From assembly GCA_964016885.1 (NCBI GenBank), contig OZ024744.1:93744001-93808000 (forward strand): a stretch of 64,000 nucleotides of DNA. The letters are read 5' to 3'. The notes below the pieces were generated by a model that did not search any database, was not told where the DNA came from, and was given only the letters and a program-made list of their open reading frames with translations. This DNA comes from Eledone cirrhosa. Taxonomy: Eukaryota. This document shows positions 1-13,934 of the stretch, in pieces. Both the position numbers and the translations under genes were made by a program. The first letter of the stretch is position 1. Every line of letters starts with the position of its first letter.

Positions 1-156
1 ATAAAGTTGACAGCGATACAGGTAACAAATAAATGAACAAACACACGTGGTAAGCAATACACATAATTGCAGATACACATACATACATAAAAATAAATAC
101 ATACACACACACATATACATACATATCCATATACACATACATACACATACACATAT

Positions 157-242
<86 letters not shown>

Positions 243-247
<5 letters not shown>

Positions 248-528
248 ATATATAAGAACAAAAGATGGTTAAAAGAGTTCCATGTATTTTATTATGCGCA
301 TTTCAAAAACAAATATCATCATGCAATAATATTTGTGTTTTCATCAGATAAAACAGGAAGACATGAAATGAAGGTTAAAAAACACTTGTGGATAGTGCAG
401 TTTTAAATCAACATATGAAAAGTAGTTGTTCTTATATATTATGTATACTCCAGTCCTACAAACTGTAGAGTGCTTCTTATCCGATATCTGCATTGCTTTA
501 TTGTACTACAATAAAACTCACCCCTACA
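243..528. mobile_element. PLE pLTR-like module with flipped terminal segment; same family as 43897-44175
   Basis: 243-325 matches 43987-44066; 430-528 is the reverse complement of 43897-43995; flanked by (TA)n. Confidence 0.7.
287..353 (-). ncRNA. Minimal type-I hammerhead ribozyme, intact core
   Basis: Minus strand: ttttat-CTGATGA-[aaacacaaatattat..atgatatttgttttt]-GAAA-tgcgca-TA-ataaaa; stem I ttttat/ataaaa, palindromic stem III. Confidence 0.8.
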
Positions 529-559
529 CTATATATACACATATATATATACATACATA

Positions 560-796
560 TACACAAACACACATACAAATACATACACATACATGTATGT
601 ATTTGTATGTATGTGTGTAAAACGCATTCTTAGATGTATTCATTATATACATCTAAGAATGAGTTTTACACACATACATATGTGTGTGTATGTATTTGTA
701 TGTATGTGTTTGTGTATATGTATGTATATATATGTTTATATATATATATATGTGTATGTATGTGTGTGTGTGTATGTATATGTGTGTGTATGTATG

Positions 797-843
<47 letters not shown>

Positions 844-1763
844 GTGTATATGTATGTGTATATGTATATGTATATGTAAAAGTATATGTATACATATACA
901 TATACATATACACATACATGCACACACACACATATACATACACACACATACATACACATATATACACGGCATACGTCAAGACGGGCGGTCTCAAAAGTGA
1001 AACTAATTTTACGATTGTGAATTTGTTTGTTTTTTTACAACAGGTCTCAATAGTGAAAGTATAATGCAGACACACGCAATTGTATGGATTTCTTAATATA
1101 TATATATATGTGTGGGTGTGTATATGTGTGTATATATATGTGTGTGTGTATGTATATATATATATGTGTTTGTATATATGTGTTTGTGTCTTCATCATCG
1201 TTTAACGTCTACCTTCCACGCAAGCATGGGTTTAGACGTATATATATATTTGTGTGTATATATGTGTTTGTGTGTATATATATGTGTGTTTGTGTGTATA
1301 TATATGTGTCTGTATATATATATATATATGTGTATGTGGCCACATATATATACACACAAACACACATATATATACACACAAACACATATATACACACAAA
1401 CATATATATACGTCTAAACCCATGCTTGCAAGGAAGATAGACGTTAAACGATGATGAAGACACAAACACATATATACAAACACACATATATATATAGATA
1501 CACACAGACATATATATACACACATATACACACCCACACATATATATATATTAAGAAATCCATACAATTGCGTGTGTCTGCATTATACTTTCACTATTGA
1601 GACCTGTTGTAAAAAAAAAAACAAATTCACAATCGTAAAATTTATTTCACTTTTGAGATATACATATACACATACATACACACATACATATACATATACA
1701 TATGCATATACACATACATACACATACATACACACACACATACATACACACACATACATACAC

Positions 1764-1796
<33 letters not shown>

Positions 1797-1900
1797 TATA
1801 CATACATATACACAAACACATACATACAAATACATACACACACATATGTATGTGTGTAAAACTCATTCTTATGTATATAATGAATACATCTAAGAATGAG
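560..1900. repeat. Nested imperfect palindrome (centre ~1309-1345, sub-hairpins at ~592 and ~641)
   Basis: Unique blocks 997-1100 vs 1550-1657, 1190-1240 vs 1410-1460 and 614-670 vs 1851-1900 are reverse complements. Confidence 0.85.
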
Positions 1901-2162
1901 TTTGTGTGTATTTATTTTTATGTATGTATGTGTATGTGCAATTATGTGTATTGCTTACCACGTGTGTTTGTTCATTTATTTGTTACCTGTATCGCTGTCA
2001 ACTTTATAATTTTTACATTCATTTTTATTCTTATGTGACGGTATTTTTATTATTATATTTTTTTCTTATTTGTGTGTGTGCGTATGTAGGTGTGTGTACA
2101 TATATCTATATTTGTGCATGCGTAAGTATGTGTGTGTATGTACGTGTGTATATATGTATGAT

Positions 2163-2197
<35 letters not shown>

Positions 2198-2273
2198 GCA
2201 TGTGTGTGTGTGTGCGTGTTTGATATATATGTTGTTATATATGTTTGTATGTATGTATGTGTATATGTATGTG

Positions 2274-2317
<44 letters not shown>

Positions 2318-2869
2318 TATGTGTGTGTGTGTGTGTGTGTATGTATATGCATATATATGTGTATGTAAATATGTGTGTGTATGTAATTGTGTGTGTGCGT
2401 GCGTGTGCATGTGTGTTTATGTTTCCTTTCCTTCTATCTTTTCCAGCCTCACTTTCATATAGATTATATTTTTGTTTTTTAAAATCCAATGTCAATAAAT
2501 ACACCAGGATGTTTTCATTCTGATGATTGAAAACAATATTTGTTTGCTTTTAAGAAACCACTGGTAAATGAAATAATTGCCTTATGTTGTTTATTACATA
2601 ACTATATTAATATATATATGTATATAATATATATATAATATATATATTAATATATATATATATATAAGTATGTACACGTACATACATATATGTATACAGA
2701 CGTACAGTAGTATGTATATATATATACATACATGCACACATATATATATGTACGTATGGATTCACCGAACATTTATTATAATGCTCGGTGTGTTTGTAAA
2801 CAAACATCCCGTATTAAACCGTCGTGTCTAGCAACCATCGTTGCTCGTTTGTTCAACACTGACAAAGGA

Positions 2870-2912
2870 ACGCTGTACTAGTTTCAAGCTTATTAGCTAT
2901 CGTCAGCAACGT
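2870..2912 (-). ncRNA. Type-I hammerhead ribozyme, unit 1
   Basis: acgttg-CTGACGA-t-agct-aata-agct-t-GAAA-ctag-TA-cagcgt; GUA cleavage triplet. Confidence 0.88.
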
Positions 2913-3289
2913 ATACCTTCCTGCCAGATTGTTGAACGTATATACTTACCTTATGCATATTAACGGCTGAGTAGCTCAATTTGCATATCGAGTGGGTTAA
3001 TCGGCTGGGTGCACTGAAAACGATAAACGGAAAAAATGAAACGAAATTTCATTTCCCACTGTTAGTACGGCTGTTACTTAAATATAAGTATGTACACGTA
3101 CATACATACATGTATACAGACGTACAGTAGTATGTATATATATATACATACATGCACACATATATATATGTACGTATGGATTCACCGAACATTTATTATA
3201 ATGCTCGGTGTGTTTGTAAACAAACATCCCGTATTAAACCGTCGTGTCTAGCAACCATCGTTGCTCGTTTGTTCAACACTGACAAAGGA

Positions 3290-3332
3290 ACGCTGTACTA
3301 GTTTCAAGCTTATTAGCTATCGTCAGCAACGT
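3290..3332 (-). ncRNA. Type-I hammerhead ribozyme, unit 2
   Basis: Identical to 2870-2912; third copy (3710-3745) is truncated at the first C of the core. Confidence 0.88.
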
Positions 3333-3855
3333 ATACCTTCCTGCCAGATTGTTGAACGTATATACTTACCTTATGCATATTAACGGCTGAGTAGCTCAAT
3401 TTGCATATCGAGTGGGTTAATCGGCTGGGTGCACTGAAAACGATAAACGGAAAAAATGAAACGAAATTTCATTTCCCACTGTTAGTACGGCTGTTACTTA
3501 AATATAAGTATGTACACGTACATACATACATGTATACAGACGTACAGTAGTATGTATATATATATACATACATGCACACATATATATATGTACGTATGGA
3601 TTCACCGAACATTTATTATAATGCTCGGTGTGTTTGTAAACAAACATCCCGTATTAAGCCGTAGTGTCTAGCAACCATCGTTGCTCGTTTGTTCAACACT
3701 GACAAAGGCACGCTGTACTAGTTTCAAGCTTATTAGCTATCGTCAATCCATACGTACATATATATATGTGTGCATGTATGTATATATATATACATACTAC
3801 TGTACGTCTGTATATATGTATGTACGTGTACATACTTATATATATAATATATATA

Positions 3856-3903
<48 letters not shown>

Positions 3904-3921
3904 ATATAATATATATATATA

Positions 3922-3974
<53 letters not shown>

Positions 3975-3975
<1 letters not shown>

Positions 3976-4316
3976 CATTTCATTTCATTTCATTTTACAT
4001 CCACTTTTCCCCTGCTTGCAAGGGTGGGACGGGAACTGATTCTGGCTTGATTTCTACAGCTCGATGCGCTTCCTAACACCAACCTCATTTACAGTGAGTG
4101 CTGGGTGCTTTTTTGCCGTGGCACCTCCACGACCACTTTACAGTGGAATGATAGGGACACCAGTCCCTATCATCTCATTTCTACAGCTGAGTAAACTGGA
4201 GCAACGTGAAATAAAGTGTCTTGCTCAAGGAAACAACACATCACCCGGTCTGAGAATTGAACTCACAACTTTTCGATTGCAAGGCCAATGCTCTAACCAC
4301 TAAGCCATGTGCCTCC
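3975..4316 (-). mobile_element. tRNA-derived SINE family A (CORE-like body, RTE-type tail)
   Basis: A box TGGCTTAGTGG, B box GAGTTCAATTC, CCTTGAGCAAGACACTT core, tail shared with RTE ending in ATG-type repeats. Confidence 0.85.
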
Positions 4317-4321
4317 ATATA

Positions 4322-4692
4322 TACAAAGTGAAACCTATTACAGTCAGTAGGCACCTCTAACAAAATACACCCCCGTCCCACTATCCCCACCCCATCCAGA
4401 CCACCCCTTTCAATGTAAAGTTATGTTGGTCCGAAACAAATGAGGTCGTGTAGGTGTCACGACAAAAAAACACACAGTCCACACTGTAATGTGGCCGTGT
4501 AGGTAACACGGTAAAAACCTCCCAGTTCCACACTGTAAATGTGGTTGGTGTTAGGAAGGGCATCCAGCCGTAGAAAACCCGCCAAACAGTCCGATGCAAG
4601 CAAGACAACCACTCTTGCCTCAAGTGGGAAAACTCCGGTCCAAACCCATGCAAGCGTAGAATATGGATGTTAAACGATGATGATGATGATGA
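4322..4692 (+). mobile_element. RTE LINE 3' UTR fragment
   Basis: Homologous to 9175-9505 and 53935-54260; ends in (GAT)n. Confidence 0.8.
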
Positions 4693-4717
4693 TATATATA
4701 TATATATATATATATAT

Positions 4718-5505
<788 letters not shown>

Positions 5506-5514
5506 ATATATAAT

Positions 5515-5585
<71 letters not shown>

Positions 5586-5599
5586 TATATATATAATAT

Positions 5600-5690
<91 letters not shown>

Positions 5691-5694
5691 TATC

Positions 5695-5845
5695 TAAGGC
5701 GGGTAAAATTCCCGAGATCCATGGACGAGTTCTCTCCAGCGGTCTCTGTCCCTCATTATCACTGCCATGTCCTGCATCTCCAACAGACCAGTGTCTGTCC
5801 TTAGGGCATCAACATACGTTAACCTTGGTCTTCCCCTTCTAGTGT
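5695..5845 (-). mobile_element. Non-LTR (RTE-group) C-terminal fragment of another family
   Basis: Minus strand encodes RRGRPRLTYVDALRTDTGL..MRDRDRWRELV*. Confidence 0.65.
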
Positions 5846-5963
5846 CAGCTCAAAAGTGTCACAGAGGAGACTGAGGTTGGCTGGACATGCTCACCGACAT
5901 CCAGAGTTGACATTGCACTCAGTGCTCCTTTGGGAGACCCTACATGGACACACTAGAAGAGGA

Positions 5964-5995
<32 letters not shown>

Positions 5996-5996
5996 T

Positions 5997-6031
<35 letters not shown>

Positions 6032-6032
<1 letters not shown>

Positions 6033-6364
6033 GGCACATGGCTTAGTGGTTAGAGCATTGGCCTTGCAATCGAAAGGTTGTGAGTTCAATTCTCAGCCCG
6101 GGTGATGTGTCCTTTCCTTGAGCAAGACACTTTATTTCACATTGCTCCAGTTTACTCAGCTGTAGAAATGATAGGACTGGGGTCCATATCATTCCACTGT
6201 AAAGTGGACGTGTAGGCACCACGGCAAAACAGCACCCAGCACTCACTGTAAATGAGGTTGGTGTTAGGAAGGGCATCCAGCTGTAGAAATCAAGCCAGAA
6301 TCAGTTCCCGTCCCACCCTTGCAAGCAGGGAAAAGCAGACGTAAAATGAAATGATGATGATGAT
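6032..6364 (+). mobile_element. SINE family A, near full length
   Basis: Same head, body and tail as 3975-4316. Confidence 0.85.
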
Positions 6365-6859
6365 ATATACCAGTTATCATGATAAAATGATACGGGCATG
6401 ACACCATGTATTACATATAACTGACATAGCAGTATCAACATCCTCACCACAACTGCCATCATCATCATCCTCATCTAATGATACACGTGCAAAGAGAAAA
6501 ATAAAGCAACTGAGGAGGAATTGATTGACAATTTTCTTACTGAGTCGGAGTGGAGCTCATCAAATTGGACCAAGGAAGCAATGTTTCCATTGGTCTTTCC
6601 ATTACTGATACTATCTTCTGATCACAACCAATTAGGAAGAAAATTAATTTAATGAACTGTAACTACAAGAAATGTAGTTCATAGGCTGACCAAGATACTC
6701 TCATGGAATGACCAAATGAGGATTATTTTTCAACATAAGAAAGAAACAATGTAGTTATTAATAAGAATAGTTGAGTTAAAATTAATGAATGCAAGATTTC
6801 ACAACACTAGCATCACTCCTTCATAGTCAGCCTATGCAAGCACTTCTCTTTATTTCAGA

Positions 6860-9505
6860 CATGGAAGACCAACATAAATCCGTCTCCCACCCCCCACCCC
6901 CCTGTGCCCCCATCCCATCCCTTCCTCCCTTACAGAGAACTCCTAAACTTCAGAGTTGGTACCATGAACGTAGGCACATTGAAAGGTCACTCAAATGAGG
7001 TTGTAGAAATGCTTGAACGTCAGGAAGTTGATGTTTGTTGTGTTCAAGGGACTAGGTGAAGAGGTGGGTCTGCTAGATTCGTTGTGGGCAAATAACGATG
7101 GTGTAAACTTTTCTGGATTGGATGTGACAACGGATTGGGTGGAGTAGGAATTATGTTAGCAGAAAAATGGGTAGATAAGATAATTGCTATAAACTAAGTG
7201 AATAACAGAATTATTAAAATAAGACTAGTTCTAAATAGAACTACTGTGACAATAATATCCGCTTATGCACCCCAATCTGGTCTACCAGACATTATAAAAG
7301 ACAGGTCCTATGAGTCGCTAATGTTCACTACATCCCAAATAACTGACAGTGACTACCTAATTATTGCTGGCAACCTAAATGGTCACGTTGGACAACATTG
7401 CGATGGCTATGATGGAATCCATGGAGGCTATGGGTTTGGTACTAGAAATGAGGAAAGCTTCAGAATCCTGGAATTCTGTGACGCTAATAACCTAACTATC
7501 TGTAACACAAACTTCAAAAAACGAGACAATCACATGATCACCTATAGATCAGAGGAACACGCCAGACAGATAGATTTTTATCCTTATTAGCAAACGAGAC
7601 AGAGTGTCTGTTGTAAACACTAAGTCCCTCCCTCGTGAAGAATGCACTGCCCAACATAGCCTAATAGTTAGTGACCTCATAGTCAGGAATAGACGTACTC
7701 GACGACAGAGGACTACCTTGAGGAGAAGAATATGGAAGTTGAAGGACCCCACAGCCAGTAACAAATTTAAAAGCATATTACTTGATGCTTTTGACTGTAA
7801 GGAAAAGCAATTAGAGACGTACAATATAGAGGAACTGTGGGAATTCCTGAAAGTTAACCTGCTGAAGGCGGCAGATGAAGTTTGTGGCTGGAGCAGACCT
7901 TTAGGCAGGAGGAGAGTAAGTTGGTGGTGGAACAGTAAGGTGGAGGAGACAATCAAGGCCAAAAAGCAGGCTTGGAAAGAATGGCAGGATGGGGGATGTA
8001 GAGAACACTATCAGGTGGCTAGGAGAGAAGCTAGGCGACAAGTTTACTTTGGAAGAAGGGAAGCAGAGAATAGAAAGTTCAAGCAATGTTCTACAACGCG
8101 AGGACCAAAAACGTGAGGTGTTCAGGATTGCTAGACAATGTGTCAAGGAAAACCGTGATATTATCGGGGAGAAGTGTGTACGTAATGATGATGGTATACT
8201 TACCATCACTGATACTGATAAGATGGTAGCTTGGAAGTGTCACTACGAGAGACTACTAAATGAGGAGAATAAGTGGAAAAAAGATAGTCTGCCCCAAATC
8301 GATCCAATAGAGGGACCAGCTGTGCAAGTTAAAGGTAGTATAATAAGTAAGGCAATCAGAGATATGAAGACAGGCAAGGCAGCTGGGCCTTCGGAAATAG
8401 TTGCTGAGATGTTGAAGGCATCTGGAATGGTGGGACATACTATAGTCACCCAGATAGTAAACCAAGTAATACAGAATGGGGTCATACCAAATGACTGCCG
8501 TAGCAGCACCATCGTTAAATTCTACAAGGGCAATGGAGATGCTCTAGATAGAGAAAACTGTAGAGACATTAAGTTAGTTGACCAGGTGATGAAGATCACA
8601 GAAAGAGTTATTGCACAACTGATTAGAGACTGAATTGATCTAGATGAAATGCAGTTTGGGTTTGTACTAGGTAGAAGTACCATGGATGCTCTCTTCCTCA
8701 TATGGCAACTACACGAGAAGTACCTAGCTAAAAGTAAACCCCTCTACTTAGCTTTTGTTGACTTGGAGAAATACTTTGACAGAGTCCCCCGCTGCATTAT
8801 CTACTAGGCTCTTGGAAAACTAGGTGTAGATGAATGGCTTGTGAAAGCATGTTCCAATGGATGTGTAATAGTAATAGCCACAAATGGCAAAGCGTAAATG
8901 AACTAAGTGAGACATAAGAGGGATCAGATGCAGTATACAAGAGAGGAGATTGCGTTGGTATGGTCATGTGATGCGTATGAAGGACGACAGTTGTATATAA
9001 ACGTGCAGGGCGATCAAAATTGATGGAAGCTACGGAGTAGGTAGACCCAGAAAGAACTAGGACAAGGTGATAAAAGTTGACCTTGCACACTTGCACCTCT
9101 CTAAGTCAATGACAGAGGATCGAGATCTTTGGTCCTATGCAGTAATACAGAAGACCCGCCTTCTCTTGCCCATGGACTTAAACTTACACTTAGTAGGCAC
9201 CTCTTAATCCAATATACACCCCCCCACACACACACACACCACCCTTTCTCTAACATCCAGTCCACATTAAAGTGGTCGGGTAGGTGTCACGACAAAAAGC
9301 ACCCAGTCAACATTGTAAAGTGGTCATGTAGGGGACATGGTAAAAAGCACCCAGCACACACTGTAAATGTGGTTGGTGTTAGGAAGGACATCCAGCCATA
9401 GAAAACCAGCCAGAAACATAGTCATTCGACCCAACTTGCCTCAAATGGGACAAACCCGTCTAACCCATGCTAGCATGGAAGATAGACGTTAAACAATGAT
9501 GATGA
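6860..9505 (+). mobile_element. Degenerate RTE-clade LINE (APE + partial RT)
   Basis: VGTMNVGTL, ISAYAPQ, GNLNGHVG, KAAGPSEI, QFGF, AFVDLEK motifs; frameshifts and stops; internal RT deletion near 8845; (GAT)n tail. Confidence 0.92.
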
Positions 9506-9849
9506 GTATATAAATATAAACAAGCAAACACAGACACACAAAAACACACACTCACAGACATACTATCACACAAACACACACATACACCCACACACGGCAT
9601 GCAAATGAAACGCCAGCCGCTGTTTTGTTATAGTTTTTTCACGATCTCCTTCCCTCCTTTTACGCACACATATAGATTCACACAAACTCACACACACACA
9701 TTGTGTGACAGATGGATGGAAGCCGCTCAAATTTATATATAGATGGTGGAAAACATTTAGGGAGTTATTTTTGCTGGAGAGAAAGGAATTCTCTCTCACA
9801 GTAAGTAAAGGGCAGATTGAATGACACATGGATACAAAGTATAATGACT

Positions 9850-10195
9850 AGAAAGAAATGAGATAAACATCTTCTGCTGGATGTATAACTTTAATTAATG
9901 GGCATGAATAACAGAACACAAATGAGCTGATAGAAAAACTTGACATAACAGAAATATTATGTTGTGTGTAAGAGGGGAGACTGCACTGGTGCAGACATGT
10001 TTTACATACAGAGTGAACTGAATCACTAAATATATAAACCACTAGCCTCTTTCCCTCTTCCATACACCTCCCACATCCTAACACACCACCCACATCTGAT
10101 CACAGTACTCTTACACCGTAAAGTTGTTGTGTTGGAGTCACACAAAAAGCACCCAGTCCCCACTGTAAAGTGTTCATGTAGGTGTCATGACACTT
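9850..10195 (+). mobile_element. Old RTE 3' remnant; 10008-10152 re-copied in inverted orientation at 10368-10512
   Basis: RLHWCRHV-like relic; direct reverse-complement match. Confidence 0.6.
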
Positions 10196-10763
10196 ACAAA
10201 ATATATAGTTTTTTTTTGCCTATGTTGGTGGGCTGATAAGCCTCATTTGCATACAAAGCTGTATAAGTTGACTCAACTTAAATCAATTAAAATTTAGCTT
10301 TAACATAACTGTATATATACATGTATATATATATATGTATCTATACAGCTATGTCAAAGCTTTTTGTGTGCTTTTTGTGTGACTCCAACACAACAACTTT
10401 ACGGTGTAAGAGTACTGTGATCAGATGTGGGTGGTGTGTTAGGATGTGGGAGGTGTATGGAAGAGGGAAGGAGGCTAGTAGTTTATATATTTAGTGATTC
10501 AGTTCACTCTGTATATATGTATCTATACAGCTATGTCAAAGCTAAATTTTAATTATATATATATATTGTTTAATCAGACGTCTATGTGTATTGCAAAAGA
10601 TGTCCTAAATATCTTTCACAATTATATAGCATTGTGAAAATTAGGTATGACACTTTGAAAGATTCAATAATGCATCAAAATGCATTTGTGGATTTGATGT
10701 CTTATCTTCCTCTTGGTCACTGTTTCATTTTTTTAAAAATCGATCTTTCAATAGATGTCCCTT

Positions 10764-11050
10764 ACTTGCTAATAGATGTCCCCACAACTTAATGGGTTAA
10801 GGGGCTACATGGGGTATAATGATACTTTTTCAGAGGTAGGTAACTTGTTAATAGATGTCCCCATAACTTAATGGGTTAAGGGGTTTATATGGAGTATATG
10901 GATACCTTTTCAGAGGTAAGTAACTTGTTAATAGATGTCCCTATAACTTAATGGGTTAAGGGGCTACATGGGGTATATTGATACCTTTTCAGAGGTAGGT
11001 AACTAGCTAATAGATGTCCCTATAACTTAATGGGTTAAGGGGTTTATGTA
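10764..11050. repeat. ~80-bp tandem repeat, ~3.6 copies
   Basis: aatagatgtcc recurs at 10771, 10850, 10930, 11009. Confidence 0.9.
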
Positions 11051-11537
11051 TTTCAAAGGTACTGTAGCGCTCTCTAGACAAGAGAAGTAGCTAGAGTTAC
11101 TTCCCATTGAAATTCTAGAACATTCCTTAAACTTCTGTTCAAGGGATTATAAAAGATAGAGCAAAACGCGTTCTTTCTCTCTTTGCCAGTTAACTCTTGA
11201 ACTGATCACATCAAACGCAAGCATGCTAAGCTTTTTCCAACCATATCTTATAATTCAGGATTATACCTTGTCATGCCATGAGGTGCATTTGGTTACCACA
11301 TTTGTAATACACGGACTACAACAAATGGAAGTTATTTTGATACTCGTTTTGAGAAACTCTTCATGCCTCAGTTATTACTTCGAATGTAGAGAGAGATAAT
11401 TCTCACAAAAAAGAAATTGTATGAAAGTTCTTCTATATCTTCTTTCCACTAAAATCACTAAAGTACCTTGAATAGTATTAAATTAATAAAATCAATGAGA
11501 ATTTGCAGCCAACAAAAAAAAAAAATAATAATAACAA

Positions 11538-11712
11538 TAATGGATTCTGATTTTGGCACAAGGCCAGCAATTTGAAGGGAATAAGAAAGTTGATTAAATC
11601 AACCCCATTGCATTACTGGTACTTTATTTTATTGACTCCGTAAGGGTGAAAGGCAAAGCTAACCTCAGCAGGATTTGAACTAACAACGTAAAGGACCGTA
11701 ACTATATGCCAC
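11538..11712 (-). mobile_element. SINE family B
   Basis: Homologous to 44689-44860; other copies at 20892-20998, 29450-29530, 40176-40308. Confidence 0.75.
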
Positions 11713-11923
11713 AAATGATGACATCTTCATCATCAGTTACATAGCCTTGCTTCTGCTGGAATCTGCTAGATGGCGCTACATCATGAGTTTCCAAATTCAT
11801 AGCTGAAAGCTTTCAAAAAGGTTATTTGCAAATCTACCGTATATCGCTAAGTATACAAAATACGCATACTTGTATGTACACATCTATGTTAGAGCTAACA
11901 CCTTAATTCTCTCTATATATGAA

Positions 11924-13071
11924 CTAGCTGGCCTGTCCGGCTGGCGCTCGGCTAGGTATACCTGCCCCCACTACTCCACTGAAAAGATACCACACACCCT
12001 CCCATGTCACATTGTCCTTCTGACCACGTATAAATCGGCCAACTGTTCCCATCACGTGTACTTGGAGCATGCCTGTGCGTGTATACGCAGCGTGTGTATG
12101 TACTGCCCAGTGGGTGTACGTGCGCAGAGGCACAGACAAACCGACAATTCGGTCTCCCAACTGTGTACTGGTTGTAGCTTTGGTTAAAAATTTCAAGTCT
12201 GCAGAAAGCCGTTAAAGAACAGATTGCGGTAACAATTGCAAGAAGGTGGCCCTAAAAAGGGCCGTTGTTCGTTCACTGTTGAATTTATCCGGACACATCA
12301 TGATATCCGATACCTATCCAGGTATTACGAATGACTTCCGGTGTGATTTTGGCCCATGCAATGGCGATCCATAGGGTTAATAAAATGGTGAATCCGTTGC
12401 AAGGTCTGTCAATCCATGTACAGCCGTAATGAAAATTCCACATTACAAAAATACAAAACTTACATTGTTAGAGCCTCAGAGTACACAATCTTTTTTGTTC
12501 GGCCCTCGGGAGCAAAAATAAAGAGATTGTTTGGGGAGCTCACCCTAGAACATCCTACATACAACTGACTATGGGAGAAGCATGGTGTTCCCAGATGAAG
12601 GCCAGTGACTTTGAGGGTTTGACCCTGAGCTTTGTTGATGGTAGTCGCGAAGCTTAGTCTGATTGGAAACTGAAGTCGCTTGAACTGAAAGGGCAAGTCT
12701 GCTGGCAGCAACGGGATGCGTGGAATAAACACATCTTCTCCACTACCAACTCCAGTCATGATTGTGGCTTCAACGACATGACGCAGCATCTGCTTGACTG
12801 CAAGTCGTGTGCCATTGCAGAGCTTTGGTGGGTCGAGATTGCGCAGCAGGACGATAGGGGCATCAAGCTTTAACTCCAACCTGTGTGGAGGAACTTCTGG
12901 CAAGTGAAGAGAGTTCAAGAATTCCACTGGGTATTGAACTGCTACATCTGCGTCAACCACACAATCGATTGACTTGTACGTGTGAACAGGTCCAGGGATC
13001 TGCTGCTGAATGCGAGACTGGCGCTGCACTTGAGACTCGACTACTCGACTGGCTCTTGCATGAGTCCTCAT
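11924..13071 (-). mobile_element. Helitron 3' portion with PIF1-like helicase C-terminus (ORF 12460-13071)
   Basis: YPVEFLNSL, LLRNLDPPKLCNGTRL, FKRLQFPIRLSFATTINKAQGQT, QLYVGCSRV motifs; 3' end GC hairpin then CTAG|T at 11924. Confidence 0.9.
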
Positions 13072-13424
13072 CTGCTGAAGGCGACATTCATGATCGTCCT
13101 CAGACTGTGCTGATGTAGTATAATTTTTTCTTCTGGTTTTGCCAAAAAGTGTGTGGGATACATCATCATCATCATCATCATCATCATTTTACGTCTGCTC
13201 TTCCCTGCTTGCAAATACATTATTATATTTGTCTGTATTTTCGTTCTGTGTATCCAAATGATTTTAGATGTATGTATTACCTGCTTGCCCGTCCATCTGT
13301 TTCTCTTTCCCTGTCTCTCTCTCTCTCCCCCCTCTCTCCCTCTTTAGATGTGTGTGTGTAGTTTTCCTAATCTGTCTCTCTAAGTGGGTTACCTTTTGAT
13401 GTATGTATTACCTGCTTGTGTGTT

Positions 13425-13580
13425 GACCGAATTTGAAGGAGGTTATCCTTTTGAAATAAACATACATACGATGCTCTGGAAAGTAAAAGAGTGTTGTCAT
13501 AGTGACTGAATTTGAAGGAGGTTATCCTTTTGAAATAAACATACATACGACACTCCGGAAAGTAAAAGAGTGTTGTCATA
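13425..13580. repeat. ~78-bp tandem duplication
   Basis: gaatttgaaggaggttatccttttgaaataaac..gagtgttgtcata present twice. Confidence 0.8.
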
Positions 13581-13934
13581 TAGAGAGTGAAGAGAGACAG
13601 AGAGTAAAGCAATTACATTATAGAAGAGAGGGTGAAAGAGGGAGAGAGAGAGAGAGAGAGAGAGAGAAAACGCTCGGCTTTTTAATATTTGAGAGTGAAG
13701 AGCGACAGAGAGAGTAAAGCAGTTAAATTATATAGAGGGGGAATGATCTATTATACAGACAGGGAAGAGTGACGGAGAGAGTAAAGCTAAGAAACTATAG
13801 GGAGGTGTGTAGGATACATACATAATACACACGACACTCAGCTTTATAATATTATAGATTGAACCCCTTTCGATCACAAGTGACCATATGATTTGCACCA
13901 AGAGGCACATGTCAGGGCAAGGTTTTTTTTTAGG

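Larger units (their letters stand above)
2662..3840 (-). mobile_element. Non-coding 420-bp tandem array (2.6 copies) with one HHR per unit plus an inverted 95-bp terminus; retrozyme/pLTR-like
   Basis: Exact 420 period (cgtacagtag at 2701, 3121, 3541); 3746-3840 is the reverse complement of 2662-2762; embedded in (TA)n. Confidence 0.85.

Noticed and set aside
6032-6100. tRNA gene
   Set aside because: tRNA-derived SINE head continuing into SINE body; no full cloverleaf
6541-6617. Possible minus-strand exon (DSISNGKTNGNIASLVQFDELHSDS, donor gtaaga)
   Set aside because: Weak acceptor, no recognisable homology, no partner exons established
11063-11322. Solo LTR (TGTAGCG start, TATAAAA, ..ACA end)
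   Set aside because: No TSD or second copy to support the boundaries
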